Made by a program: the position numbers and the translations under genes. Positions 1 to 8,515 of a stretch of 64,000 bases of DNA are shown here, piece after piece. This DNA is from an uncultured Pelagibacteraceae bacterium (GTDB lineage: Bacteria > Pseudomonadota > Alphaproteobacteria > Pelagibacterales > Pelagibacteraceae): the NCBI GenBank assembly GCA_902596675.1, contig CACJUO010000004.1:1683-65682 (forward strand), read 5' to 3'. How positions within the stretch are numbered: position 1 is the first letter of the stretch; the number at the start of each line of letters is the position of its first letter. Below the pieces are notes generated by a model. The model saw nothing but the letters and a program-made list of their open reading frames with translations, was not told the DNA's origin and did no database searches.

Positions 1-970
1 AGTCTTCATTTATATGTCTTGGTCCTTTATCTAATCTATTTTTATGTCTTCTTTCACCAGGAAGTCTAACATCCCCCATTGATTTCATTTTTTCAAAAAA
101 CTTTGAGGAGTGTGTGTCCCAATCAGAATTTGATAATTTTTCTGGAGATATTGCTAAAATGAACTCTCCACCACTTGGTGGACCGCCATCATTATTATCC
201 TTCTCAGCCGTCTCATAACTAAAATTATCTCCAACAAGGGCTCCAGCAAGCAATTCGACCATCATCGCAATCCCTGAGCCTTTATAGCCGCCGAAAGGCA
301 ATAAAACACCCCCATCAGCTATTTCAGCTGGATCTGTTGTGTCCTTTCCATCTTTTGTTAATCCTGTGCCTAATGGAACTTTGTGACCTTCCCTTTTTGC
401 AACTTGAACCTCACCCATTGCCATAGATGCGGTTGCCATATCATAAACTACTGGAGGTTTATTTTTTCTAGGCCAAGCAAATGAAATTGGATTTGTTCCA
501 AATAAAGGTTTGATAGATCCCGCAGGTGCAACAGCTGGTTTATAAGATGTGCATGCAAAAGCAACTAAGCCTTCTTCTGCAATTGCTTCTGTTTCAGGCC
601 ACATTGCTGCCATGTGATGTGAATTTGTTATAGATAAAACTGCTACTCCATTTTCTTTTGCAGCTTTAATTAACTCTGGCAAACTTTTATTTAAAACCAT
701 TGGTGCCAAACAATTTTTTCCATCTACTTTAACAACGCTTGGTGTAATTTTAGAAACTTTAGGTCTATTCTTGCCATTTATTTTTCCACTTTTTAATCCA
801 GCAACATAAGCAGGCAATCTAAATAAGCCATGGGATAGCGAACCATCTCTCTCAGCTTTCATTATCAAATCAGATAAAATATTTGATGTTTCCTCATCAC
901 ATCCATTAGCTAATAAAGTTTTATTTGCTAGATTATAAATATCTTCAAGACTTAAAGAAATAGTTTTCAT
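1..970 (-). CDS. Ldh_2 (malate/L-lactate/sulfolactate dehydrogenase, DpkA/ComC/AllD-like) oxidoreductase, 3' end runs off the window
   Basis: Not in ORF track; read manually from ATG at 970: MKTISLSLEDIYNLANKTL...DGSLSHGLFRL...NSHHMAAMW...GTNPISFAWP...DMATAS...PFGGYKGSG...VRLPGERR, typical Ldh_2 motifs. Confidence 0.85.
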   Translation of the reverse strand, partial: MKTISLSLEDIYNLANKTLLANGCDEETSNILSDLIMKAERDGSLSHGLFRLPAYVAGLKSGKINGKNRPKVSKITPSVVKVDGKNCLAPMVLNKSLPELIKAAKENGVAVLSITNSHHMAAMWPETEAIAEEGLVAFACTSYKPAVAPAGSIKPLFGTNPISFAWPRKNKPPVVYDMATASMAMGEVQVAKREGHKVPLGTGLTKDGKDTTDPAEIADGGVLLPFGGYKGSGIAMMVELLAGALVGDNFSYETAEKDNNDGGPPSGGEFILAISPEKLSNSDWDTHSSKFFEKMKSMGDVRLPGERRHKNRLDKGPRHINED

Positions 971-1016
971 AATATTATTAGATCTTATTTGCAGATAAAG
1001 TTCAATTTAAATTATT

Positions 1017-1280
1017 TTAGTGACTATGATTATGCGTATCAGATAAATTAATAATATCTGACTCTAAAATATCATTAATTGGTTTTCCAATACGCCAATT
1101 ATTTAATTTTCCATCTATTGTTCTTTCAGTAATAATTGTTTCAATAGGTGGGCAATTCGGTTCATGACAACTTAATTCTGCGATACTTAATAATGATGTA
1201 TCTGGTATTTGTTTTTTTTCCGAAAAAATTTTTTTTAAACTTCTTATCATTTCAACATTCGGCTTTTTTTTATTAAACAT
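1017..1280 (-). CDS. Small hypothetical protein with CxxxxCPP motif and His-rich C-terminus (putative metal-binding)
   Basis: ELSCHEPNCPPIET motif, C-terminal HNHSH; 3 bp downstream of the WD40 gene, co-oriented. Confidence 0.7.
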   Translation of the reverse strand: MFNKKKPNVEMIRSLKKIFSEKKQIPDTSLLSIAELSCHEPNCPPIETIITERTIDGKLNNWRIGKPINDILESDIINLSDTHNHSH

Positions 1281-1283
1281 AAT

Positions 1284-2327
1284 TTATTTATTTTCCTCAT
1301 CCCATATAGATGTCCATAAAATATTTCCAGCCATATCTCCAATTAATATACTTGAACCATCTTCAGTAACTGAAATTGTAGTAACTTCTGACTCTGTGAA
1401 ACTACGAATTATTATTGTATTACTTGATTTTTCAATTTCTGATAAGAACACTGAACCATCACTTAATCCTGTAAAAATTGCATTTTCATTTGGGAATGGT
1501 TCAACAAATGTTACTAATTTATTTCCAACAAAAGGAAGACAAATTGGTTGACGACCTTCTGGCCCAATTCCATCAAACGGCCAACAAACCGCATCGTTCG
1601 AACCAGATGTTACTAAAAATTTTGTATCATGAACAAAGGCAAAACTCTTAACTTTTGCACCATAGCCAGACATTGTAGAATCAGTTTTATCTTTTAAGCG
1701 CCAAAAATGAAGTTGATTCTCTTGCATTGAAGTTACTAAATATCTGTCATCTGGACTAAAAATGACCTTATTATGAGAGCCTTTCCATAATAAATTAGAT
1801 GATTTCCACTTGTTGCTATAATCTTTTTTCCAAAGAGTGACACCACCGTATCGAGAAACTGCTAATCTTCTTCCTTTTGAGTCAAATGCTACACCACCAA
1901 TAGTGCTCTCATGTTCTAATATTCTTGGTTCTTTTCTGCCTGCCATCCATAGGTAAACGTTATTTCCAGACGTGCAAACCAAACTTCCATTATTTGCTGT
2001 AACATGATCAACCCAACGAGAACCAAAATTTGCAATTTCGCTTATTTCTCCATTTAGAGAAATTCTTAAAAACCTTCCGTCATCTCCACCCGTTATAATA
2101 TCATCACCATCTTTTGAAATACAGAGAACAATACCATTATGTGCTTTTATGGGTTCTGAGCTTTGTCCTGCTTTAAATATTCTTATAGTGCCATCCCCAA
2201 ATCCAACAGCAATAGAATTACCTATCACTACTGAATTAATAACTGGAATTCCGAGTCTTAATTCTTTTCCTCTATTTTCAAATTTTGTTTTATTTAACTC
2301 TGGGAACTTGTTCAGATCAGCTTTCAT
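1284..2327 (-). CDS. WD40 repeat beta-propeller protein associated with COG0523 GTPase
   Basis: Repeats such as AHNGIVLC...ITGGDDG, FSPDDRYLVTS, LVTSGS; ATGA overlap with the GTPase stop. Confidence 0.85.
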   Translation of the reverse strand: MKADLNKFPELNKTKFENRGKELRLGIPVINSVVIGNSIAVGFGDGTIRIFKAGQSSEPIKAHNGIVLCISKDGDDIITGGDDGRFLRISLNGEISEIANFGSRWVDHVTANNGSLVCTSGNNVYLWMAGRKEPRILEHESTIGGVAFDSKGRRLAVSRYGGVTLWKKDYSNKWKSSNLLWKGSHNKVIFSPDDRYLVTSMQENQLHFWRLKDKTDSTMSGYGAKVKSFAFVHDTKFLVTSGSNDAVCWPFDGIGPEGRQPICLPFVGNKLVTFVEPFPNENAIFTGLSDGSVFLSEIEKSSNTIIIRSFTESEVTTISVTEDGSSILIGDMAGNILWTSIWDEENK

Positions 2328-3295
2328 GCCGATTTACAATTTTCAAATCCCTCTTTCAAATTCATACTCTCAAGATTTCGACCAATAAAAACTAGTCTGG
2401 AGCTTCGTACTTTTCCTTCTGGCCATTTACCCATAGGCGAGGCATCCATAAGCATGTGTACTCCTTGAAATACATATCGATCACTTTCTCCTGTAAAATC
2501 GAGAATTCCCTTTGTTCTCAGTATATCTTGACCCTTTGTCTGTAAAAGCTTGCTGAACCAATCTTGAAACTTTTCCATATCTAAAGGGGTGTCAGAGACA
2601 AACGATAAGCTAGTTACATCATCATCATGCTCATGATCATGGTCTGACTCTAGAAAATCAGGTTCAACTTCTAAAACTCGTTTTAAACTAAATGCATCAA
2701 GATTAAGAATTTCATTTAATGATACTCCACATTTAGTAGTATTAATGATTTTTGCAAAAGGATTAATTTTTCTTATTCTTTCTTTGACTGCTTCTAAACC
2801 ACTTTCGTCAACAAGATCTATTTTATTTAACAACACAACATCAGCAAAAGCGATTTGTTCCTCAGCTTCATGGTGATCAGTTAGTTGAGAACTTAAATGA
2901 ACAGCATCTGCAACGGTAACAATCGCATCTAACTTTGTTCGATCAGCAACATCTTGGTCAACAAAAAAAGTTTGTGCAACTGGGGCTGGGTCAGCTAATC
3001 CAGTAGTTTCTACAATAATTGCATCTAATTTATCTGCTCTTTTCATAAGGCCACTTAAAATTCTGATTAGATCACCTCTGACAGTGCAGCATATGCACCC
3101 ATTATTCATCTCAAACACTTCTTCATCAGCATCTACAACTAAATCATTATCTATACCTTGTTCGCCAAATTCATTAACGATTACGGCATACTTTTTACCG
3201 TGCTGTTCGGTTAGGATTCTATTCAATAAAGTGGTTTTGCCTGCACCAAGAAAACCTGTCAAAACAGTAACTGGAACTTGTTTGTTACTGTCCAT
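2324..3295 (-). CDS. COG0523 (CobW/YciC/ZigA-like) G3E metallochaperone GTPase
   Basis: Walker A GFLGAGKTT, GCICC metal motif, ETTG, NKID, His/Asp stretch DHDHEHDDD, CobW_C-type tail QGVH...LVFIGR. Confidence 0.95.
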   Translation of the reverse strand: MDSNKQVPVTVLTGFLGAGKTTLLNRILTEQHGKKYAVIVNEFGEQGIDNDLVVDADEEVFEMNNGCICCTVRGDLIRILSGLMKRADKLDAIIVETTGLADPAPVAQTFFVDQDVADRTKLDAIVTVADAVHLSSQLTDHHEAEEQIAFADVVLLNKIDLVDESGLEAVKERIRKINPFAKIINTTKCGVSLNEILNLDAFSLKRVLEVEPDFLESDHDHEHDDDVTSLSFVSDTPLDMEKFQDWFSKLLQTKGQDILRTKGILDFTGESDRYVFQGVHMLMDASPMGKWPEGKVRSSRLVFIGRNLESMNLKEGFENCKSA

Positions 3296-3302
3296 TAAAT
3301 AG

Positions 3303-4490
3303 TTAACAACCTTTAAATGATGCTGACATGTTTCTTATTAGATCAAAATATAAATTTTTACCTGGTTTTAAAGTTGCTCCTAGAGGATCTACAACACCAG
3401 TTTTTATATTCATATCTTTTGCAACTGCTTTAATGATGTCAGGATTAAACTGAGGCTCTGAAAATACGCAAGCAACATTATCATGCTCAATGATTTCTCT
3501 AATTTCTGCTAATTGCTCTGCGCCAGGCATTACATCAGTATTGACTGTGAAAGCGCCTAATATATTTACATTAAATCGTTCTTCAAAATATTGATATGCA
3601 TCATGAAAAACTATTGAGGCTACGCTTTGGTTTAATTCAGACTTAACGTCAGCTGTAAGTTTATCTATATCTTTTAGAGCTTTATTTAAATTATTTTTGT
3701 ATTTAGATGCATTTTTTGAATCATTTTCTATTAAATGTTCAGTCATCTCTTTTAATATAGCGCTTGCATTAATTGGATCTAACCAAATGTGTGGATCAAA
3801 TTCACCATGGTGGTGTCCTTCGTGTCCATCATGATCATCGTGGTCGTCATGACCATCCTCTTTTTTAGCATGGTCGTCATGATCGTGATCATCTTTTTTC
3901 TTATGTCCGTGGTCGTCATGATCATCTTCCTTATGACCATCCTCTTTTTTAGCATGGTCGTCATGATCGTGATCATCGTGATCATCTTTTTTCTTATGTC
4001 CATGATCGTCGTGGTCATCATGATCATCTTTTTTCTTATGTCCATGATCGTCGTGGTCATCATGATCATCTTTTTTCTTATGTCCATGATCGTCGTGGTC
4101 ATCATGATCATCATGGTCACCAAAAATATTTCTCTCTCTAAATTTTAATTTAACAATACCTTTTGCATCCATTAGTTCAATCTTGTCTGCCTTCTTAGCT
4201 ATTGAGTTTAATGGTTTTTCTAAAAAATTTTCTAAATCCTCACCTACCCAAAATACAATATCTGCGTTTTGTAGCATTTTTGCGTGCGAAGGTTTCATGG
4301 CAAATCCATGTGGAGAAGCATAGCCATCAACTATTAAATCAGGTTTAGCCACACCATCCATTAAATAGCTAACTAGAGAGTGTATTGGTTTGATTGATGC
4401 TACAACTTTAATGTCAGCATTTGCTGATGTAAATAAAGTAAAAAATGATAATATTGTAAAGATTATTGAGGATTTTTTTAAGTTTTTCAT
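3303..4490 (-). CDS. znuA: Zinc ABC transporter periplasmic binding protein with long His/Asp/Lys loop
   Basis: Signal peptide, SIKPIHSL, SPH, DPHIWL, FHDAYQYF, FSEPQF motifs; divergent from znuCB-zur. Confidence 0.95.
   Translation of the reverse strand: MKNLKKSSIIFTILSFFTLFTSANADIKVVASIKPIHSLVSYLMDGVAKPDLIVDGYASPHGFAMKPSHAKMLQNADIVFWVGEDLENFLEKPLNSIAKKADKIELMDAKGIVKLKFRERNIFGDHDDHDDHDDHGHKKKDDHDDHDDHGHKKKDDHDDHDDHGHKKKDDHDDHDHDDHAKKEDGHKEDDHDDHGHKKKDDHDHDDHAKKEDGHDDHDDHDGHEGHHHGEFDPHIWLDPINASAILKEMTEHLIENDSKNASKYKNNLNKALKDIDKLTADVKSELNQSVASIVFHDAYQYFEERFNVNILGAFTVNTDVMPGAEQLAEIREIIEHDNVACVFSEPQFNPDIIKAVAKDMNIKTGVVDPLGATLKPGKNLYFDLIRNMSASFKGC
3979..4104. repeat. Three perfect 42-bp tandem repeats inside znuA (DDHDDHDDHGHKKK)
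   Basis: Unit tgatcatcttttttcttatgtccatgatcgtcgtggtcatca starts at 3979, 4021, 4063; degenerate copies extend over ~3808-4119. Confidence 0.95.
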
Positions 4491-4506
4491 AATATTTGGT
4501 TTTTGT

Positions 4507-4547
4507 TAAATGTTATAATATAACGCTGTGTAATAATATAACATTTA
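4507..4547. promoter_or_regulatory. Tandem Zur boxes in the znuA/znuC divergent promoter
   Basis: TGTTATA-A-TATAACG (4511-4525) and TGTAATA-A-TATAACA (4529-4543) match the proteobacterial Zur palindrome TGTTATA-N-TATAACA. Confidence 0.9.
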
Positions 4548-4563
4548 TAAGTCAAGGAAATAA

Positions 4564-5310
4564 ATGAGCATAGAAAATAATGTTTTGGTAAAGTTAAATA
4601 ATGTTGGTTTAAAACAAAACCAAAAGTGGCTTGTTCAAGGTGTTTCTCTTCAGGTTGAAAAAGGTAAAATTGTTACTTTAATTGGTCCTAATGGATCTGG
4701 CAAAAGCACGACTGCAAAAATTGCACTAGGGTTTTACAAAAATATAGAGGGAAACGTAGAAAAATACACTAGTAATATTGGATACGTTCCCCAAAAAATT
4801 TCAATAGATTGGACATTGCCGCTAAGAGTTAATGATCTGATGCTTTTAACAGAAAATTTAAGTGACGAAGTCATAAATGAATCATTAACATTAACGGGTG
4901 TTAAGCACCTTAAGGATAAAAGTTTAGCTAACTTGTCTGGTGGAGAATTTCAGAGAGTGTTACTTGCCAGAGCAATATCAAAAAAACCAGATTTATTAGT
5001 TCTTGATGAGCCAGTACAAGGTGTTGATTTCACAGGAGAAATTGAATTATATGAACTAATCAAAGAGCTATCATTAAAACTAAATTGTGGGATTCTACTA
5101 ATATCTCACGATCTTCATACAGTAATGAGTGCAACTGACCATGTTGTTTGCTTAAACGGTCATGTATGCTGCTGCGGGAGTCCGAGTGAAGTTGCAAAAA
5201 ATAGTGAATACAAAGCTTTGTTTGGTGAACAAGCTTCACAAACTTTAGCAATTTACGAACATAAACATGATCATGTTCACACTACAGACGGAGAAATAAA
5301 AAAAAAATAG
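4564..5310 (+). CDS. znuC: Zinc ABC transporter ATPase
   Basis: GPNGSGKST, LSGGEFQR, LVLDEP, C-terminal HVCCCG and HKHDHVH. Confidence 0.95.
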   Translation: MSIENNVLVKLNNVGLKQNQKWLVQGVSLQVEKGKIVTLIGPNGSGKSTTAKIALGFYKNIEGNVEKYTSNIGYVPQKISIDWTLPLRVNDLMLLTENLSDEVINESLTLTGVKHLKDKSLANLSGGEFQRVLLARAISKKPDLLVLDEPVQGVDFTGEIELYELIKELSLKLNCGILLISHDLHTVMSATDHVVCLNGHVCCCGSPSEVAKNSEYKALFGEQASQTLAIYEHKHDHVHTTDGEIKKK

Positions 5311-5311
5311 T

Positions 5312-6115
5312 ATGTTAGATGATTTTTTTATAAGAGCACTAGTTGCAGGGATAGGTATTGCTTTTGTTGCAGGCCCTCTTGGTTGCTTTGTTGTATGGAG
5401 GAGATTATCTTATTTTGGTGATACACTTGCCCACTCTGCATTGCTCGGTGTAACAATTGCATATTCATTAGAATTTAATATCGCTGTTTCAATATTTTTA
5501 ATTTCATCGGTAATTGCATTAATTTTAATACAACTACAAAGAAAAACTAATCTACCAAGTGATGCATTGTTAGGTCTTCTAGCTCACTCATCATTGGCAG
5601 TTGGATTAGTGGTTATTGGATTTTTAACCTTTATTAGATTTGATATAATGGGATTACTGTTTGGAGATATTTTAGCAGTTAACAAAAAAGACTTGTTTAT
5701 TATATGGTTTGGTGGCGCTTTAATATTAATAACTTTAAAAATAATCTGGAAACCATTATTTGCATCTACAGTTAATTATGAATTAGCTGAAGCAGAAGGT
5801 TTAAATCCTGATAGAGCAAAAGCGGTGTTTACAGTCTTATTGGCTGCAATAATTGCCATTTCAATAAAATTAGTTGGAGTTTTATTAATAACTGGAATGT
5901 TAATTATACCAACTGCTATGGCTAGAAATCTTTCAGATAATCCACAAAAAATGGTTATTTTTTCAATAATTGGAGGATTGTTATCAGTGTTTATAGGATT
6001 GTTCTCTTCGTTAGAATTCAATACACCGTCTGGTCCATCCATAATTGCTGCAGCTCTTGTGTTGTTTATTTTTTCATTACTTAAAGTTAAACAAACGATA
6101 CAATTGAAAAATTAA
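5312..6115 (+). CDS. znuB: Zinc ABC transporter permease
   Basis: GPLGCFVVWRRLSYFGDTLAHSALLG, LLFGDIL, TPSGPSI. Confidence 0.95.
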   Translation: MLDDFFIRALVAGIGIAFVAGPLGCFVVWRRLSYFGDTLAHSALLGVTIAYSLEFNIAVSIFLISSVIALILIQLQRKTNLPSDALLGLLAHSSLAVGLVVIGFLTFIRFDIMGLLFGDILAVNKKDLFIIWFGGALILITLKIIWKPLFASTVNYELAEAEGLNPDRAKAVFTVLLAAIIAISIKLVGVLLITGMLIIPTAMARNLSDNPQKMVIFSIIGGLLSVFIGLFSSLEFNTPSGPSIIAAALVLFIFSLLKVKQTIQLKN

Positions 6116-6139
6116 TGGAATATTATAAAAAATAATTAA

Positions 6140-6532
6140 ATGCAAAAACAAGAAACATTAACTAAAAACCAAAAAATAATTTTAGATTTAATTGAAAAAT
6201 CTGATCAACCATTAAAAGCATACTCAATTTTATTTGATGTTAAAAAAAAAGGTATTAATGCTCCTTTGCAAGTTTATAGAGCGTTAAAAAAACTAGTCAA
6301 AATCGGAAAAATTCATAAAATAGAAAGTAGAAACGCTTTCATCGCTTGTAAAAATTCAAAATGTCAAATTGCTAAAGCTACTGTTTTTTCGATTTGTGAA
6401 AGTTGTGAAGATGTTACTGAAATTCATGATCATAAATTATCAGAACACCTAAGAGATTTTAAAGATAATAAAGGAATGAAATATAATAAATACAATTTAG
6501 AGTTTTTTGGACTTTGCAAGAAGTGTGTTTAA
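6140..6532 (+). CDS. zur: Zinc uptake regulator (Fur family)
   Basis: PLKAYSIL, QVYRAL, IHKIES, CESC and CKKC motifs; follows znuCB. Confidence 0.9.
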   Translation: MQKQETLTKNQKIILDLIEKSDQPLKAYSILFDVKKKGINAPLQVYRALKKLVKIGKIHKIESRNAFIACKNSKCQIAKATVFSICESCEDVTEIHDHKLSEHLRDFKDNKGMKYNKYNLEFFGLCKKCV

Positions 6533-6535
6533 AAA

Positions 6536-7129
6536 ATGAAAATTGAATATTATTTTAGTGTCCTATCTCCATTTAGTTATCTAGGAGCTGATAGATTTAC
6601 AAAAATAGTAAGCAAATATAATTTAGAGGTTACAGAAAAACCACTTGATTTAGTTGGCGAAATATTTCCAAATACTGGAGGATTGCCAGTTCCTAAAAGA
6701 CATCCTGCTAGACAAAAATATAGACTTGTAGAACTGGAGAGAATTTCAAATAAACTGGGTTTGCCGATTATTAAAAAGCCAAAATTATTTCCACCTAAAG
6801 ACCCACACTTACCAGCAAAATTTGTAATAGCTTCAAATAAATTGGGTAATAAACTTCATTTTGGAAATGAATGTTTAAAATATTTATGGTCTATGGATAA
6901 AGATCTTTCTGATCACAATACACTTCAGGAAATTTGTGAAAAATTAAATTTAAACTTTGAAGAAATGAAGAAATTAGCTTTATCTGAAGATGTGAACTTG
7001 GAGTATCAAAAAAATTCAAAAGATGCGGTTGATAATGATATATTTGGCGCTCCTTCGTATGTCTTGAATAATGAGATTTTTTGGGGTCAAGATAGATTAG
7101 ATTATCTTGAAGATGCATTAAATAAATAA
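6536..7129 (+). CDS. 2-hydroxychromene-2-carboxylate isomerase / kappa-GST (DsbA-like) family protein
   Basis: YYFSVLSPFSYL N-terminus, IFGAPSYV, FWGQDRL C-terminus. Confidence 0.88.
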   Translation: MKIEYYFSVLSPFSYLGADRFTKIVSKYNLEVTEKPLDLVGEIFPNTGGLPVPKRHPARQKYRLVELERISNKLGLPIIKKPKLFPPKDPHLPAKFVIASNKLGNKLHFGNECLKYLWSMDKDLSDHNTLQEICEKLNLNFEEMKKLALSEDVNLEYQKNSKDAVDNDIFGAPSYVLNNEIFWGQDRLDYLEDALNK

Positions 7130-7143
7130 GTAAATATTACCTA

Positions 7144-7172
7144 ATTTCATAAATCCTTAACAAAACTGGCAT
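7144..7172 (+). promoter_or_regulatory. Putative Pho box array upstream of the arsenate operon
   Basis: ATTTCAT-AAAT-CCTTAAC-AAAA-CTGGCAT: three 7-mers at 11-bp period with A-rich spacers, closely resembling the array before pstS. Confidence 0.6.
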
Positions 7173-7194
7173 AAACAAAAATCAAGGAGTGATT

Positions 7195-7416
7195 ATGTTT
7201 ATAAAAAAATATCTAAAATGGATAAGTACATTTTTAGTCTTAACTGGAATTTTACTTACTAATCTTAATATCTACCCTATAAATATTTATTTTCATGGAC
7301 TGGGTGTTATGGGGTGGACTGTAGCTGGATTTATTTCAAAAGATAAGGCTATTTTAACAAATTTTGGATTACAAATACCTCTTTTTGTAATTGGAATTTA
7401 TAAAGTGATTTTCTAA
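7195..7416 (+). CDS. Small multi-pass membrane protein (resembles DUF6552 family)
   Basis: Hydrophobic, LKW...NIYPINIYF...KDKAI; SD AAGGAG at 7184-7189 favours ATG 7195; stop overlaps arsC start (TAATG). Confidence 0.75.
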   Translation: MFIKKYLKWISTFLVLTGILLTNLNIYPINIYFHGLGVMGWTVAGFISKDKAILTNFGLQIPLFVIGIYKVIF

Positions 7417-7850
7417 TGAAAAGAGTTTTATTTGTCTGCACAGGAAATTCAGCTAGAAGCATTATAGCTGAGAGCATAATTAATAACTTATATTATGATA
7501 AATTTATTGGTTATAGCGCAGGTAGCAATCCTTCAGGACAAATTAATCCAATTATAGAAAAATTTTTAAAAGAAAAGAAATTTGATTTGTCAAATTACAG
7601 TTCAAAAAATTTTGATACTTTTATTAACTCAGATATTAAATTAGATTATGTAATTACGGTGTGTAACAATGCTAACAATGAAGTGTGTCCTATTTGGCCT
7701 GATAAAAATCAAATTATTCATTGGGATATTGAAGATCCAGTAAAAAAATTTAATTTAGATACTGATACAACAAATCAAAAAAAAGTATTTAATGATACAT
7801 ATCAAACAATATTTAAGAAAATAGAAAATTGGATTAACAATGAAATATAG
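7416..7850 (+). CDS. arsC: Arsenate reductase, thioredoxin-coupled LMW-PTP type
   Basis: P-loop CTGNSARS, resolving pair VITVC...EVCPIWP, HWDIEDP; adjacent to AqpS-like channel. Confidence 0.88.
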   Translation: MKRVLFVCTGNSARSIIAESIINNLYYDKFIGYSAGSNPSGQINPIIEKFLKEKKFDLSNYSSKNFDTFINSDIKLDYVITVCNNANNEVCPIWPDKNQIIHWDIEDPVKKFNLDTDTTNQKKVFNDTYQTIFKKIENWINNEI

Positions 7851-8493
7851 TAAGTTTTTTCTTGGAGAGTTTATTGGTAGTTGTTTCCTTGTAATGATTA
7901 TTGTTGGCTCAGGAATAATGGCTGAAAATCTTACAGATGATACGGGTATTATGCTTTTAGCCAATACGATAGCAACTGGCGCAGGACTTTTTGTGCTAAT
8001 AACTGTTTTTAGTGATGTTTCAGGAGCACATTTTAATCCATTTGTAAGTCTAGCAATGTTTCTTACAAAAAAATTAAAAGGAAATTTATTACCTACATAT
8101 ATATCTGCACAAATTTTAGGTTGTTTGTTAGGTGTAGCACTCGCCAATTTCTTTTTTGAACATCAAATTTTTGAATTATCAACAAAATCAAGGGACGGAG
8201 TACATATATTTACATCTGAAATTGTAGCAACATTTGGATTAATTCTCATAATTTTTGGATCTTTAAAGAAAGGAAGTGTGGTAGTTGCCTCATGTGTAGC
8301 CTTTTATATCACTGCTGGTTATTGGTTTACATCGTCTACATCATTCGCAAATCCTGCTGTGGCAATAGCAAGAACATTTACAGAAAGTTTTACTGGAATT
8401 AATTATATGCATACTCCAGTTTATATATTAGCAGAAATTATCGGTGCACTTTTTGCTGTATTTGTGGCCAAAAAAATTTTTTTCACTAAGTAA
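7840..8493 (+). CDS. MIP channel, AqpS-like (probable arsenite efflux)
   Basis: GSGIMAE, LLANTIATG, SGAHFNPF, YWFTSSTSFANPAV; overlaps arsC. Confidence 0.85.
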   Translation: MKYSKFFLGEFIGSCFLVMIIVGSGIMAENLTDDTGIMLLANTIATGAGLFVLITVFSDVSGAHFNPFVSLAMFLTKKLKGNLLPTYISAQILGCLLGVALANFFFEHQIFELSTKSRDGVHIFTSEIVATFGLILIIFGSLKKGSVVVASCVAFYITAGYWFTSSTSFANPAVAIARTFTESFTGINYMHTPVYILAEIIGALFAVFVAKKIFFTK

Positions 8494-8515
8494 TTTTATT
8501 AAAATATAATATCTT

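Noticed and set aside
3979-4104. 42-bp repeats as a possible CRISPR array
   Set aside because: Head-to-tail with no spacers, in frame within znuA, no cas genes
3779-4148. Two Met/Ile/Val/Thr-rich repetitive ORFs (3779-4123 minus, 3789-4148 plus)
   Set aside because: Alternative-frame shadows of the znuA His/Asp repeat; no independent signals
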